Below, piece by piece: positions 39,896 through 50,213 of a stretch of 64,000 bases of DNA. The position numbers were made by a program, and so were the translations under genes. Position 1 is the stretch's first letter. The number at the start of each line of letters is the position of its first letter. This stretch comes from Candidatus Poribacteria bacterium (GTDB lineage: Bacteria > Poribacteria > WGA-4E > PCPOR2b), in contig OZ244042.1 of the NCBI GenBank assembly GCA_965215015.1, positions 1,504,001 through 1,568,000 on the forward strand, read 5' to 3'. The notes under the pieces are model-generated. The model did not search any database. It worked only from the letters and a program-made list of their open reading frames with translations, and was not told the origin of the DNA.

Positions 39896-42583
39896 TCAAC
39901 CGATTGATGCCATTTCCAAATGTCCAGCCCACTGCGTCTGTAGTACCTGTTTCAACACCCGATGCGCGGGACGACTCAGATTTGGGTCCATTTTAGCGAG
40001 ACGATTCGCCTCTGACTTGGCAATTTCAAGCAAGGACGCATCCCTGAGAATATTGGCGATTTTGAAGTCTGGAAGCCCTGATTGACGAGTTCCGAAAAAT
40101 TCGCCGGGGCCTCGGATTTCCAAATCCACCTCTGCAAGCTCGAAACCATCGTTAGTCCGTGTCATCGCCTTGATTCGACGGACCCCATCGTCGGTTATTG
40201 GACCGCTAATCAGATGACAAGAGGATTTGTGTGTGCCGCGCCCAACGCGCCCACGTAGCTGATGCATTTGCGACAATCCGAACCGCCCCGCGTTTTCAAT
40301 CACCATAAGCGAGGCGTTTGGTACGTCAATCCCGACTTCGACGACGGTCGTGGACACCAGAATATCGATTTCTCTATTTTTGAAGCGACCCATCACGTCC
40401 TGTTTTTCCACAGATCGCATCCGTCCATGTAGTAACCCGACCCGCAGATGCGGGAACACATTGGCTTGAAAGTGGTCTGCCATCTCCGTTGCAGCTTTAA
40501 TATCTTCCAACTTCTCCGATTCTTCAACAAGCGGATAAACGATATACGCCTGTCGCCCCCGCTGGACCTCCTTCTCTATTCGCGCGTACAGTTTTTCGCG
40601 GTCTTTCTCTCTTACCCATTTCGTCGTTATCTTCTGCCGCCCCGGCGGGAGTTCGTCAATCGTGGACACATTAAGGTCTCCATAAATTGTTAGGGCGAGT
40701 GTCCGCGGGATGGGGGTCGCTGTCATGACCAAGACATCCGGGGTTGTCCCTTTGTCCCGGAGCGTCGCCCGTTGCATCACGCCGAAGCGGTGTTGCTCGT
40801 CAATAATTACCAGTCCCAGCTGATGAAACTCAACCCCTTCCTGAATCAGGGCGTGCGTCCCAACAACGACATGGGCCGAGCCATCGGCAATGGCAACGAG
40901 GGCTTCGTCGCGCTCCGATTTGGGAAGATCGCTTTTGAGCAAGACAACCTTCAACCCCAACGGTTCAAGCAATTCCGAAAGGTTGTAGGTATGTTGTTCA
41001 GCAAGGATTTCTGTGGGCACCATCAACGCCCCCTGATAGCCACTCTGAATGGCACATAGCAGGGCAACCGCCCCAACGATTGTCTTTCCAGATCCCACAT
41101 CCCCTTGAAGCAACCGATTCATCGCCTGCCCGTTCGCCATGTCGGACTTAATCTCCCTAATGACCTTTCTCTGTGCATTTGTTAGTTGAAAGGGCAACGC
41201 CTCAATAAACCGATCTAACAGTTCACCTTCGACCTGGAAAGCCATCCCTTTCTCCTCTACTTTCCAGTGTTGCCTTTTGAGCTCAAGTCCTAATTCCAGC
41301 AGGAAAAACTCGTCGAACGCCAACCGCCTTCGGGCTGCGTCTTTATGTCTCTCTGATGCCGGGAAGTGAACCTCTTGGATTGCTGTGCACCGATCTATCA
41401 ACTGATTTCGCTGCCGGACGTCCAGTGGCAAAATCTCTGGATAACCCCCTGCGTACCCGTCTATGACTGTCTTGGTCCACTGTCGAAGCATCCGTTGGGT
41501 CAGCTTTGCTGTCAGTGCATACTTCGGCACGATTCTGCCCGTATGAATAAGATCTGCGTCTTCCGCCTCGAGCACCTCAAATTCAAAATCGGTGGTCTGG
41601 ATTTCATTGTTACGACGGGTAAATTTGCCGCTCACAACAACCTGCGTGCCAACTTTCAGCAGATTCTTGAGATAGCCGACACGACGCCCAAAGTTGACCA
41701 ACTGTGCCACACCCGTTTGGTCATAGATAGCAACCTTCCCGACAGGTTGGGCATCCCTGCGGCTCGGCGTGAATTGGCTTTGATTGACTACCCCACCTTG
41801 AATTGTCTCGTATTCGCCGGTACGTCCCACTTCATAAATTGAGCGGAAATGCCCACGATCTAGATAGTCGCGCGGATAGTATTCCAGTAAATCGCGGACA
41901 GTCCGGATATTGAGTTCCGCTATCAGTTTTGCCGCTCGACGCGGCCCAATTCCACTGGCATACTGGATTTCCGTCTCTAAGAATTGCAGCGACGCCGGAT
42001 CGGTCGAGATGGGGACATCTTTAATCTGCACCTTTTCTGGAAGTATAGATTGTGTGTCAGGATGTGAAACATGAGACTCCGATGAATCGGGACGGTCCAT
42101 GAAACGTGAAGGGGATGACTCAACTGCCTCTGACGTTCTGCCCACCTTTGGATCGGTAGGAAAAAGCGTCTGTTGACCTTTGCTCTCCCCAGCGCGTTTT
42201 ACCGAAGGGGAAGGCATCTTTGCGGGTTGGCTAGGCAGCACCTGAAACAAGGGAAGGTCATCAGCTATTTCTGTTGCCGCAGGTTTTCTAGTAGGCGATC
42301 CCTTCCGATTTCCTGATCCTATTCCTTCAATCTGTTCGAGGGCGGCTTGCACGACCTCCCGCCGCTGCGTCGGCGATAAGGTCTTATAATCTGAAAACAG
42401 ATTCGCAAGCGAAGTTAGCATTTGCTGCTCAGCAGGGGTAAGCGTCAACCGTTGTGCATTCCTAACCCAAAGTTGGACATATGCACCTAATCCGTTAATC
42501 ACCACACTGTCTTTACAACCGCTCCGAATTTCCTGCTGAAACGGGCGTCGGATTATTGCTAGAATTTTGGTAAGCTCATTCAT
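39896..42583 (-). CDS. recG: ATP-dependent DNA helicase RecG (with N-terminal extension)
   Basis: RLLQGDVGSGKT, DEQHRFG, MTATPIPRTL, HQLRGRVGRG, RGPGEFFGTRQSG. Confidence 0.96.
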   Translation of the reverse strand: MNELTKILAIIRRPFQQEIRSGCKDSVVINGLGAYVQLWVRNAQRLTLTPAEQQMLTSLANLFSDYKTLSPTQRREVVQAALEQIEGIGSGNRKGSPTRKPAATEIADDLPLFQVLPSQPAKMPSPSVKRAGESKGQQTLFPTDPKVGRTSEAVESSPSRFMDRPDSSESHVSHPDTQSILPEKVQIKDVPISTDPASLQFLETEIQYASGIGPRRAAKLIAELNIRTVRDLLEYYPRDYLDRGHFRSIYEVGRTGEYETIQGGVVNQSQFTPSRRDAQPVGKVAIYDQTGVAQLVNFGRRVGYLKNLLKVGTQVVVSGKFTRRNNEIQTTDFEFEVLEAEDADLIHTGRIVPKYALTAKLTQRMLRQWTKTVIDGYAGGYPEILPLDVRQRNQLIDRCTAIQEVHFPASERHKDAARRRLAFDEFFLLELGLELKRQHWKVEEKGMAFQVEGELLDRFIEALPFQLTNAQRKVIREIKSDMANGQAMNRLLQGDVGSGKTIVGAVALLCAIQSGYQGALMVPTEILAEQHTYNLSELLEPLGLKVVLLKSDLPKSERDEALVAIADGSAHVVVGTHALIQEGVEFHQLGLVIIDEQHRFGVMQRATLRDKGTTPDVLVMTATPIPRTLALTIYGDLNVSTIDELPPGRQKITTKWVREKDREKLYARIEKEVQRGRQAYIVYPLVEESEKLEDIKAATEMADHFQANVFPHLRVGLLHGRMRSVEKQDVMGRFKNREIDILVSTTVVEVGIDVPNASLMVIENAGRFGLSQMHQLRGRVGRGTHKSSCHLISGPITDDGVRRIKAMTRTNDGFELAEVDLEIRGPGEFFGTRQSGLPDFKIANILRDASLLEIAKSEANRLAKMDPNLSRPAHRVLKQVLQTQWAGHLEMASIG

Positions 42584-42823
42584 TTCGATTCTGTTGACAT
42601 TTGATAGATTGAACCAATTTGATGCACCCCGATGAGATCAGGATTCAGAACAACCTGAGACGACTGCGGATTTCTGTCGGTCAATTTTCCAAAATCGACA
42701 GTAGCTGTCGAGATATGAATATAGACCGACAAATTGGGCGAGCACGCCCAACCTACGAATGATTGACATTTTACAGATTGCTAATTAGCGACAGCAAAAT
42801 GTCATCACGCCCTAGATAACGTA

Positions 42824-43876
42824 TCAATGCCCCGGCGGAAGCGGCAGATCCACACGCACATTTCCGCGCTCTTGCGACTTGAGGAATCCGATGATAATCT
42901 CGACCACTTTCTTCCCTTCCGATGCAGGAGAGAGCAACTCACCGCCGTTTTCTATCACTCGAATGAGCTCCTCGACACAGGCAGGAATACCGATTTTCAT
43001 GTGTGATGGTAGATCGAGGAGTTCAGATTTGCCGGGGCCGGACGACAAAGCCACTGTGTTTTCCACATCCAGACGTCCCTCCTCGCCGATAACCTCAAGG
43101 CAAAAGCCACTCGCCTGCCCCTTCGATCCATTCACAAATGCACGGACACCGTTCTTAAAATGGATGTATCCACTGCCACCCGGGTCGCCAGCAGGGCTAC
43201 GTCCACCATCTCCGCGATAGGAAAAGTAATCCTCAAAACCCTCGTCTAACTCTGCGAATACCCACGCCGGCTCCGATTCAGCAAAGAAACAGATACCGTC
43301 AATCAGGTGCGTACCGTTACGGAACAACATGGCTCTCGGCCCGCCCATGTGACCAATGATGCGGCGAACACCGCCGATTGCCCCTTCACGGATTGCTTGA
43401 CGGGCGCGATGATAGGCAGGCCACCACCGCCGCGTGTGATCCACTGAAATTGGTACGCCTTTCGCCTCACAAGCGGCAATCATGCGATTACAGTCGTCAA
43501 CCGTGGTGGCAAGCGGTTTTTCGCAGACAATGCCCTTTATTCCGGCGTTTGCTGCGTCAACCACAATATCGGTGTGGCGATTGTCAGAGGTGACAACACT
43601 GAGGATGTCAAGGCTCTCTTTTTCAAGCATCTCGCGGTAGTCTGTATAGGTCCGCACGTCAGGAAGCACATCGCCCCACCGTTCCCTAAACTGGTCAAAT
43701 AGCTCCGTTTTCAGTTCGCATACCGCGACCAGGTCTGTGTGCGGAAGTGCTGCGTAAGATGCAACATGCGAACCCGGCATCGGGGTGTTCAGCACCAACT
43801 GTGAATCCGCCTCCAAGCGATTTGCTGCAATCCCCGTTAGCCCTACCACGCCGGTTCGGTATCTCTTTTCTGCCAT
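42824..43876 (-). CDS. Gfo/Idh/MocA family oxidoreductase
   Basis: N-terminal Rossmann fold, CEKPLA, NGTHLID. Confidence 0.9.
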   Translation of the reverse strand: MAEKRYRTGVVGLTGIAANRLEADSQLVLNTPMPGSHVASYAALPHTDLVAVCELKTELFDQFRERWGDVLPDVRTYTDYREMLEKESLDILSVVTSDNRHTDIVVDAANAGIKGIVCEKPLATTVDDCNRMIAACEAKGVPISVDHTRRWWPAYHRARQAIREGAIGGVRRIIGHMGGPRAMLFRNGTHLIDGICFFAESEPAWVFAELDEGFEDYFSYRGDGGRSPAGDPGGSGYIHFKNGVRAFVNGSKGQASGFCLEVIGEEGRLDVENTVALSSGPGKSELLDLPSHMKIGIPACVEELIRVIENGGELLSPASEGKKVVEIIIGFLKSQERGNVRVDLPLPPGH

Positions 43877-44102
43877 CCCTGATTCTCCTTATCAGTTTGT
43901 GTAGAATACGTTCCCCTCATTATACGTAATTGAGGAATGTTGGTCAATACAAAAACAATCCTCAAAGCATAGAGACAACGTTTTGGCATTGAGATCCATT
44001 TCAGATTGTGCAAGCAGTTCAATTTGCCCCTTGTCGGCCACGATTGGGAACCATTGGCAAAATCGCGTCCCATTTATTTTTGCATGAATTTCATTTTTTA
44101 GT

Positions 44103-44165
44103 AAAAAAAGAGCTAAACTTTTTGAATTGAGCGCAATATAATAAGTGTAGGCGGAATTAATCCTG
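44103..44165 (+). promoter_or_regulatory. Repeated promoter block, copy 1 (also 45973-46034 and 47177-47233)
   Basis: AAAGAGCTAAACTTTTTGAATTGAGCGCAATATAATAAGTGTAGGCGGAATTAATCCTG. Confidence 0.6.
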
Positions 44166-44306
44166 CTAAATTGCAAAGAGCCTACGAGTGAAGTGATGTT
44201 TTGAGGCGGTCTGAGTGGCTGTCCTCAAATATAATAAGGGTAGAGGCAGTCGAACCATCTGTCGCCTCTCACATTTTCACCTCGTTTTACCAGGAGGAGA
44301 TTCATC

Positions 44307-44846
44307 ATGACACGCCTAAAGCAACACCCGAAAGCATTTGTGTTTGTCAGTTTGTTAGCACTGGCATTGGTACTAACCGGCACTGCCATCTTTGGAGCAG
44401 CGAGGGGGGGTACTTTTAGCAGCGATGGATACAGCGGAGCTTGGGAGGTCTCGGTGTACAATTTGTCCTATAACCCCGACACCTATAGAACAAGCAGTAA
44501 CCATCGATATCTCCTCGAAAACGACGGTGAGGAAGGGAAGGTCCTCAAGCGGAAGTATACCTTTAGCCATCAATTGGTCACACCGGAAGGCAATCTAATC
44601 TACGACGCAAACGGCAATCCCAAGGTAGAGCGGGTCGAATCAGCTATTGGGGCACCGTTGCCGCCGGGGGCGTACCAGGAGCATTCGGAGACCCTCGGTG
44701 TAAGTGTTGCTGATTTAGCCGATGGCACCATGTTTAAGATTCGAGCGTATACGCGGCTTACTATCTATAAGGCCACGCTGGGAGCTCCCCTAGCTCAACC
44801 AGAGGTCGATGAAGAGTCCGCTGTATTTACAAAGGAGGAGGAGTAG
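44307..44846 (+). CDS. Secreted hypothetical beta-rich protein
   Basis: AGGAGGAG RBS, signal peptide, coupled to the downstream TolB-like gene. Confidence 0.7.
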   Translation: MTRLKQHPKAFVFVSLLALALVLTGTAIFGAARGGTFSSDGYSGAWEVSVYNLSYNPDTYRTSSNHRYLLENDGEEGKVLKRKYTFSHQLVTPEGNLIYDANGNPKVERVESAIGAPLPPGAYQEHSETLGVSVADLADGTMFKIRAYTRLTIYKATLGAPLAQPEVDEESAVFTKEEE

Positions 44847-44848
44847 CA

Positions 44849-45814
44849 ATGCGTCTGTCAATTCTCGTGATCAGCTTTTTGCTGGTCACGAGCACCCTTC
44901 AGGGCAAAATTGTCTTTACTTCCTCTCGAGACGGAAGTGGTGAAATCTACGTGATGAGTTCATACGGGAACGGTCAAACGCGCCTGACGGACAATGAAGA
45001 AGCTGATAGTTTTCCAGTCTGGTCCCCCAATGGTCGGCAGATTGTATTCAATAGACTGACATACAATAGAAAGGGGGATAGGAACAACGAGGTTTACCTG
45101 ATGGACGCCGATGGCGGCAACCAGATTAACCTGACTCATCATCCGGCGTTTGATAGCTTTCCCGACTGGTCTCCCGATGGTTCGCAGATTGCCTTTCTGA
45201 GCGATAGGGATGACAGGGGTAATCCTAACATCTACGTGATGGATGCCGATGGTGGCAACGTCACACAGATAACGCACCTCGAATGGGCGGGTCCCCCGAT
45301 GTGGTCTCCTGACGGGAGGTCTATCGCCTTTCAAGTGAGCATAGACCGACAAGGACAGCAGGTCTATGTGATGGACGCCGATGGGAGCAACCGATGGCAG
45401 GTGTCAGCACCGCTCCCCAATAGGACGATGTACTGCCAGGGTTGGTCTCCGGATGGGAGACAGATTTTGTATACGGGGTTCCTGGGTGGTCTGGTAATAG
45501 ACTCAATGGTGATGATCGCGACGCTTTCTCTGAAGCGGCGTAAGGCAGTTAGGCATGAGCAGGTGCCGAAACCGGACGAGCTGCAAACGACAGGTTGTGC
45601 ATGGGGAGCTGATGGAAGGTCAATTCTTATTACTTTAAGAAAACCGGGTGAGAAAAAAGGGGATATTTACCGGTTCAGTCTCCCAGATGGGCCGCTCACC
45701 CAGTTGACCGATCATCCTGCTGCTGATTACGCTCCTAGAGAATGGAATCCTCGTCTGTCGGTTTCGCCACGGGAGTTGGCTCCCAAGCGTTGGGTGGAGA
45801 TTAAATCGAACTGA
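44849..45814 (+). CDS. TolB-like PD40 beta-propeller protein, copy 1
   Basis: KIVF.S.RDG..EIYVM, P.WSP(D/N)G..I.F repeats; tail SVSPRELAPKRWVEIK. Confidence 0.9.
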   Translation: MRLSILVISFLLVTSTLQGKIVFTSSRDGSGEIYVMSSYGNGQTRLTDNEEADSFPVWSPNGRQIVFNRLTYNRKGDRNNEVYLMDADGGNQINLTHHPAFDSFPDWSPDGSQIAFLSDRDDRGNPNIYVMDADGGNVTQITHLEWAGPPMWSPDGRSIAFQVSIDRQGQQVYVMDADGSNRWQVSAPLPNRTMYCQGWSPDGRQILYTGFLGGLVIDSMVMIATLSLKRRKAVRHEQVPKPDELQTTGCAWGADGRSILITLRKPGEKKGDIYRFSLPDGPLTQLTDHPAADYAPREWNPRLSVSPRELAPKRWVEIKSN

Positions 45815-45868
45815 CCTCATCACCGAGGGGTTGGGTTGCCCCCAATCCCTCCCATTCCTTAACCCTTT

Positions 45869-45960
45869 GGCTCATGTTAAGAAATGGTGCAACAGCCTCC
45901 GAGTTTTTTCGGAAAAGCTCGTTTGCTGTTCGCGCTTTGCACTCTCTTTTGACATGAGCG
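45869..45960 (+). mobile_element. GGCTCATG-family MITE copy (no target duplication)
   Basis: GGCTCATGTTAAG...TTGACATGAGCG. Confidence 0.7.
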
Positions 45961-46053
45961 TCATTTTTTTGCAAAAAAGAGCTAAACTTTTTGAATTGAG
46001 CGCAATATAATAAGTGTAGGCGGAATTAATCCTGGTAAAGAGGAGGAGTAGCA

Positions 46054-47019
46054 ATGCGTCTGTCAATTCTCGTGATCAGCTTTTTGCTGGTCACGAGCAC
46101 CCTTCAGGGCAAAATTGTTTTTACTTCTTATCGAGACGGCAACGGTGAAATCTACGTGATGAGCTCATACGGAAACGGTCAAACGCGCCTGACGGACAAC
46201 GAAGAAGCTGATGATTTTCCAGCCTGGTCCCCCAATGGTCGGCAGATTGTATTCAATAGACTGACATACAATAGAAAGGGGGAGGGGAACAACGAGGTTT
46301 ACCTGATGGACGCCGATGGCGGCAACCAGATTAACCTGACTCATCATCCGGCGTTTGATAACTTTCCCGACTGGTCTCCCGATGGTTCGCAGATTGCCTT
46401 TCTGAGCGATAGGGATGACAGGGGTAATCCTAACATCTACGTGATGGATGCCGATGGTGGCAACGTCACACAGATAACGCACCTCGAATGGGCGGGTCCC
46501 CCGATGTGGTCTCCTGACGGGAGGTCTATCGCCTTTCAAGTGACCATAGACCACCAAGGACAGCAGGTCTATGTGATGGACGCCGATGGGAGCAACCGAT
46601 GGCAGGTGTCAGCACCGCTCCCCAATAGGACGATGTACTGCCAGGGTTGGTCTCCGGATGGGAGACAGATTTTGTATACGGGTTTCCTGGGTGGTCTGGT
46701 AATAGACTCAATGGTGATGATTGCGACGCTTTCTCTGAAGCGGCGTAAGGCAGTTAGGCATGAACAGGTGCCGAAACCGGACGAGCTGCAAACGACAGGT
46801 TGTGCATGGGGAGCTGATGGAAGGTCAATTCTCATTGCTTTAAGAAAACCGGGTGAGGAGGAAGGGGATATTTACCGGTTCAGTCTCCCAGATGGGCCGC
46901 TCACCCAGTTGACCGATCACCCTGGTTCTGATTACAGTCCTCACGAATGGAATCCTCGGCTGTCGGTTTCGCCACAGGGGTTGGCTCCCAAGCGTTGGGT
47001 GGAGATTAAATCGAACTGA
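46054..47019 (+). CDS. TolB-like PD40 beta-propeller protein, copy 2
   Basis: Near-identical tandem paralog of 44849-45814. Confidence 0.9.
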   Translation: MRLSILVISFLLVTSTLQGKIVFTSYRDGNGEIYVMSSYGNGQTRLTDNEEADDFPAWSPNGRQIVFNRLTYNRKGEGNNEVYLMDADGGNQINLTHHPAFDNFPDWSPDGSQIAFLSDRDDRGNPNIYVMDADGGNVTQITHLEWAGPPMWSPDGRSIAFQVTIDHQGQQVYVMDADGSNRWQVSAPLPNRTMYCQGWSPDGRQILYTGFLGGLVIDSMVMIATLSLKRRKAVRHEQVPKPDELQTTGCAWGADGRSILIALRKPGEEEGDIYRFSLPDGPLTQLTDHPGSDYSPHEWNPRLSVSPQGLAPKRWVEIKSN

Positions 47020-47072
47020 CACCCTCACCGAGGGGTTGGGTTGCCCCAATCCCTCCCATTCCTTAATCCTTT

Positions 47073-47164
47073 GGCTCATGTTAAGACAGAGTGCAACAGC
47101 CTCCGAGTTTTTTCGGAAAAGCTCGGTTGCTGTTCGCGCTTTGCACTCTCTTTTGACATGAGCG
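47073..47164 (+). mobile_element. GGCTCATG-family MITE copy (no target duplication)
   Basis: Duplicate of 45869-45960. Confidence 0.7.
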
Positions 47165-47277
47165 TCATTTTTTTCTAAAAAAGAGCTACACTTTTTCAAT
47201 TGAACGTAATATAATAAGTCTAGGCAGACTTAACTCAAAAATGATGGGAACGAACCAACTTTTCTGTAGTAGGAGGA

Positions 47278-47946
47278 ATGATCATGATACAACAACGAGG
47301 TCCACACAATTCGGGAAAGTGCCCGTTTCATATCGATCCTGCATCGCCCTTATCCGCAGAAAAATCCATCGATCGCTGTGTGGCGTGTGTCACCTGCGGG
47401 AACCAACGACTTCAGAGCTTGAAAGAGGACTTTCGTCAAATAGCGTATCAGACAATCCTTGAAGAGAGACCAAAGTATGACCCGACACACCCAAGTGGTG
47501 CGAGTTTTATCACGTTTATTCGTTCCCGGGTTTGTGGCAAACTCCGGGATCAAAGAAAGAAGCATCTCAAGTCGATTCCGTTTCTAGTCCTTGAGGAATC
47601 AAGTCGCCTTGAATCCCAATCTTATTGGGCAGACGCGCCACAACCTCCGAACAATCCATTGGTTGATGGGTTGGTAGCCGATGCGTGCCAATGTGAAGGC
47701 GTCAGTGAACAGGTGGTTCGCAGGGTTGAGGTTGAGCAATTCGAGCGGTTGCTTCCACAGCTCCTAGAGCGTTTGTCCAAACAGGAACGGAGGACCTTGA
47801 AGTTGAAATTTTTTGAGGGTTTCACGACAGTTGAGATAGCCGAAGTCCTTGGTGTGACGAAGGGGCGTGTGAGTCAAATCAACAACGCAGCACTTGCTAA
47901 ATTGAAAAGAGCCTACCTTTACTCATCGAGTGAAGCGATGGTTTGA
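47278..47946 (+). CDS. Sigma-70 family RNA polymerase sigma factor (FliA/WhiG-like) with Cys-rich N-terminus
   Basis: Region 2 EDF.Q.A...YDP...GASF.TF...RV.G...D; region 4 LS.QER..L.L.FFEG.T..EIAEVLGVTKGRVSQI..AL.KL. Confidence 0.85.
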   Translation: MIMIQQRGPHNSGKCPFHIDPASPLSAEKSIDRCVACVTCGNQRLQSLKEDFRQIAYQTILEERPKYDPTHPSGASFITFIRSRVCGKLRDQRKKHLKSIPFLVLEESSRLESQSYWADAPQPPNNPLVDGLVADACQCEGVSEQVVRRVEVEQFERLLPQLLERLSKQERRTLKLKFFEGFTTVEIAEVLGVTKGRVSQINNAALAKLKRAYLYSSSEAMV

Positions 47947-48154
47947 GGTGGTCCGAGGGACTGTTCTGAAAAATAATAAATGCCAAAGTATATGCTAAGA
48001 TTAATTATGGTAGTGCCGATTCTGGCCCCTGTGGTCATAACATTATCATAAAACATGTTGGCGATAGTGTCATTTAAGGTGTCGTAAGTGCTTAGGTCAG
48101 TGTTTATGATAGAAAGGGCAAATGGCAGTTCAAACCATCAGCTCACACCGCAGC

Positions 48155-48194
48155 AAAAAAGCCCCATCTCTTTGATCCGGATGGGGCTTTTTTT
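48155..48194. terminator. Bidirectional rho-independent terminator
   Basis: AAAAAA-GCCCCATC-loop-GATGGGGC-TTTTTTT. Confidence 0.8.
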
Positions 48195-48317
48195 GTGCGA
48201 CAAAATGGCTTTAATTTTTCAGTGAAATTTGATACACTTGGGCAGGATTAAAGGATTTTTCTCATTATCTCGAAAATCGTGTTACTCCCAACCGATATTG
48301 ACAATTGGAGGAGACTG

Positions 48318-48962
48318 ATGAGTTTTGCTATCTACGATTATCACACCGACATTCGCAACGTACTGATCACCCCACAGATTCGCTCCCGTTTTTTGCGGAT
48401 GGAGCCCGGTCAAGTCGCCGATATTCACAGCCATGACTTGGGACATGAAATTTTCCTAATCCTCGAAGGACGGGTCATATTTGAGATTGGTGACGGGGTT
48501 GAGAAGCTGGGGCCCGGTCAAATGTGCGTTGCGCTAGCCGACGAGGTGCACCGAGTGCGCGTAATCGGGGACGAACCGATGATTATGTACCTTTCGGTGA
48601 CACCCCATATCCATCCGACCCATACCCCGCGGACGGAGGACGGAGAGCGACTGCCGCATCAGTTCGCACCGCCCAACGCCTATAACCTAGCGGAGGACAC
48701 AAGCCAACCCATTGAGGAACTGATTGATCACCACGTTGAGGTCGCTGAGAGTCTTGCGGAGGCAGCCCAAACCTGTGCCCGCGTTCAGAAAGAGATGGGT
48801 GCCAAACTCAAGGGGATTCTCGCTGATGGAGATAATCGCGCTGCCGTTGCAGCGCGGAAAGCGATGTGGGAGGGTGTCTATACGATGTTCAAGAAGGTTT
48901 ACGAATTTGGCGAAGTATGGAACGAGCTTGCGCCACGGGCGGCAGAGAACGAACCGGAATAG
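48318..48962 (+). CDS. Cupin domain protein with helical C-terminal extension
   Basis: HSHD.GHE.F..LEG and H.V cupin motifs; GGAGGAG RBS before ATG 48318. Confidence 0.8.
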   Translation: MSFAIYDYHTDIRNVLITPQIRSRFLRMEPGQVADIHSHDLGHEIFLILEGRVIFEIGDGVEKLGPGQMCVALADEVHRVRVIGDEPMIMYLSVTPHIHPTHTPRTEDGERLPHQFAPPNAYNLAEDTSQPIEELIDHHVEVAESLAEAAQTCARVQKEMGAKLKGILADGDNRAAVAARKAMWEGVYTMFKKVYEFGEVWNELAPRAAENEPE

Positions 48963-49043
48963 CAGGGCTTTTGTATGGTGAGGGTATACCGCCCCTGGAT
49001 CTTGGATTTGGCAATCCAAGCTGAGCGAAGCAGAAAATTGGTT

Positions 49044-50213
49044 TTATTCCAGGTTTTCCGCACATCTTGTATCGGCACCAACAGTGAGCACCCCTCCTAC
49101 CAGATTTCCATGACAATGGTTGGCAACGATGAGGTTCCTATCACTCGTCCCACTTTCTTCAATGCCGTACGCTTGCGTCTGCACGGACCGATCATCAAGG
49201 CATCTGTTGCCGGTGACCGTCATCCCGGTGACATCTATCAGGGCGATTCCGCTATATCTGCCGGGTTCCTCCTGTGAATTGTTTAAACAGATATTGCTGT
49301 TGATTGCATTATCGCTGCCCCGAGAGGCCTCGATGCCGTGCCGACCATTGTTGACACAGGTGTTGTTGGCGACCACGTTGTACTGGTCGCCGCCATCTGC
49401 CAAGCCCCCGATGCCATGCCGCCCATTGCCGTAAAAAGTGCTTTCGCTGACAACAGAGTGGCGGACATACATACAGAAATAGAGTCCATCACGACCATTA
49501 TTCCGCCCGATGTTGTTCGCCCAGAGGCTGTGCTGGACGGACGTACCGGGGTGGAAGCCGTGTCCTAAGCAGCCTTCGGCGAGGCAATCGCTGACAATCG
49601 CCCCGACACCTCCCTGAACGCTTATGCCATCCGCGGGCCAATGTTGTACGACACATCCTCTCACCCGGGCGTCTATTGTCCGCACCAGATGAACAGCAGA
49701 CACAGTAAAGTCCACGAAAACACGCTGACCGGTTGTGTTGCCGCCATCAATGCAGAGCGATTCCAATTCACAACCGCGCTCTTCCCAACCCACGAATGCT
49801 GAGAAAGCGTGAGCAACCATGCCATTTCGGTCTGGATGGCAGGGGCGATTGATGGGTCGATCCAGATGGAGCCTGTTTTCACTGATGTCCACAATGAAAG
49901 CATGTGTGGCGTACCAACCATATTGCGCCGTATCGAACACGGTGACTTCCATGCCAACGGCGAATGCCGATTCGTTTTCAACGTGGACAGCAGTCTCACC
50001 TGCCTGGGCTTCGCTCATAAGTAGAGAGGAAACCTCTGGTGCACGAGCGATGCGACTGGATTGCCCGGTGCCGCGGATAGTAACGTTAGAACGCAGCCGT
50101 ACATGACGGTTCAGGGTATATACCCCTGGTGGTACCCAGACAATGCCCCCCACTCTTGGGGAGGGCATCAATCGCCTCTTGAAGTCCGGAAGTGAAAGAG
50201 TCTTTCTCGTCAA
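49044..50213 (-). CDS. Right-handed parallel beta-helix (pectin-lyase-like) protein; 5' end uncertain
   Basis: GG.VWVPPGVY, NVTIRGTG, repeated N...NNG..GI turns. Confidence 0.8.
   Translation of the reverse strand: MTRKTLSLPDFKRRLMPSPRVGGIVWVPPGVYTLNRHVRLRSNVTIRGTGQSSRIARAPEVSSLLMSEAQAGETAVHVENESAFAVGMEVTVFDTAQYGWYATHAFIVDISENRLHLDRPINRPCHPDRNGMVAHAFSAFVGWEERGCELESLCIDGGNTTGQRVFVDFTVSAVHLVRTIDARVRGCVVQHWPADGISVQGGVGAIVSDCLAEGCLGHGFHPGTSVQHSLWANNIGRNNGRDGLYFCMYVRHSVVSESTFYGNGRHGIGGLADGGDQYNVVANNTCVNNGRHGIEASRGSDNAINSNICLNNSQEEPGRYSGIALIDVTGMTVTGNRCLDDRSVQTQAYGIEESGTSDRNLIVANHCHGNLVGGVLTVGADTRCAENLE

Noticed and set aside
44849-47019. Diversity-generating retroelement (TR/VR pair) for the TolB duplicates
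   Set aside because: Differences are not restricted to adenines of one copy, both copies are full genes, and no reverse transcriptase is in the window
48120-48152. tRNA 3' fragment / att site (GTTCAAACC)
   Set aside because: T-stem does not pair and there is no CCA end or acceptor stem
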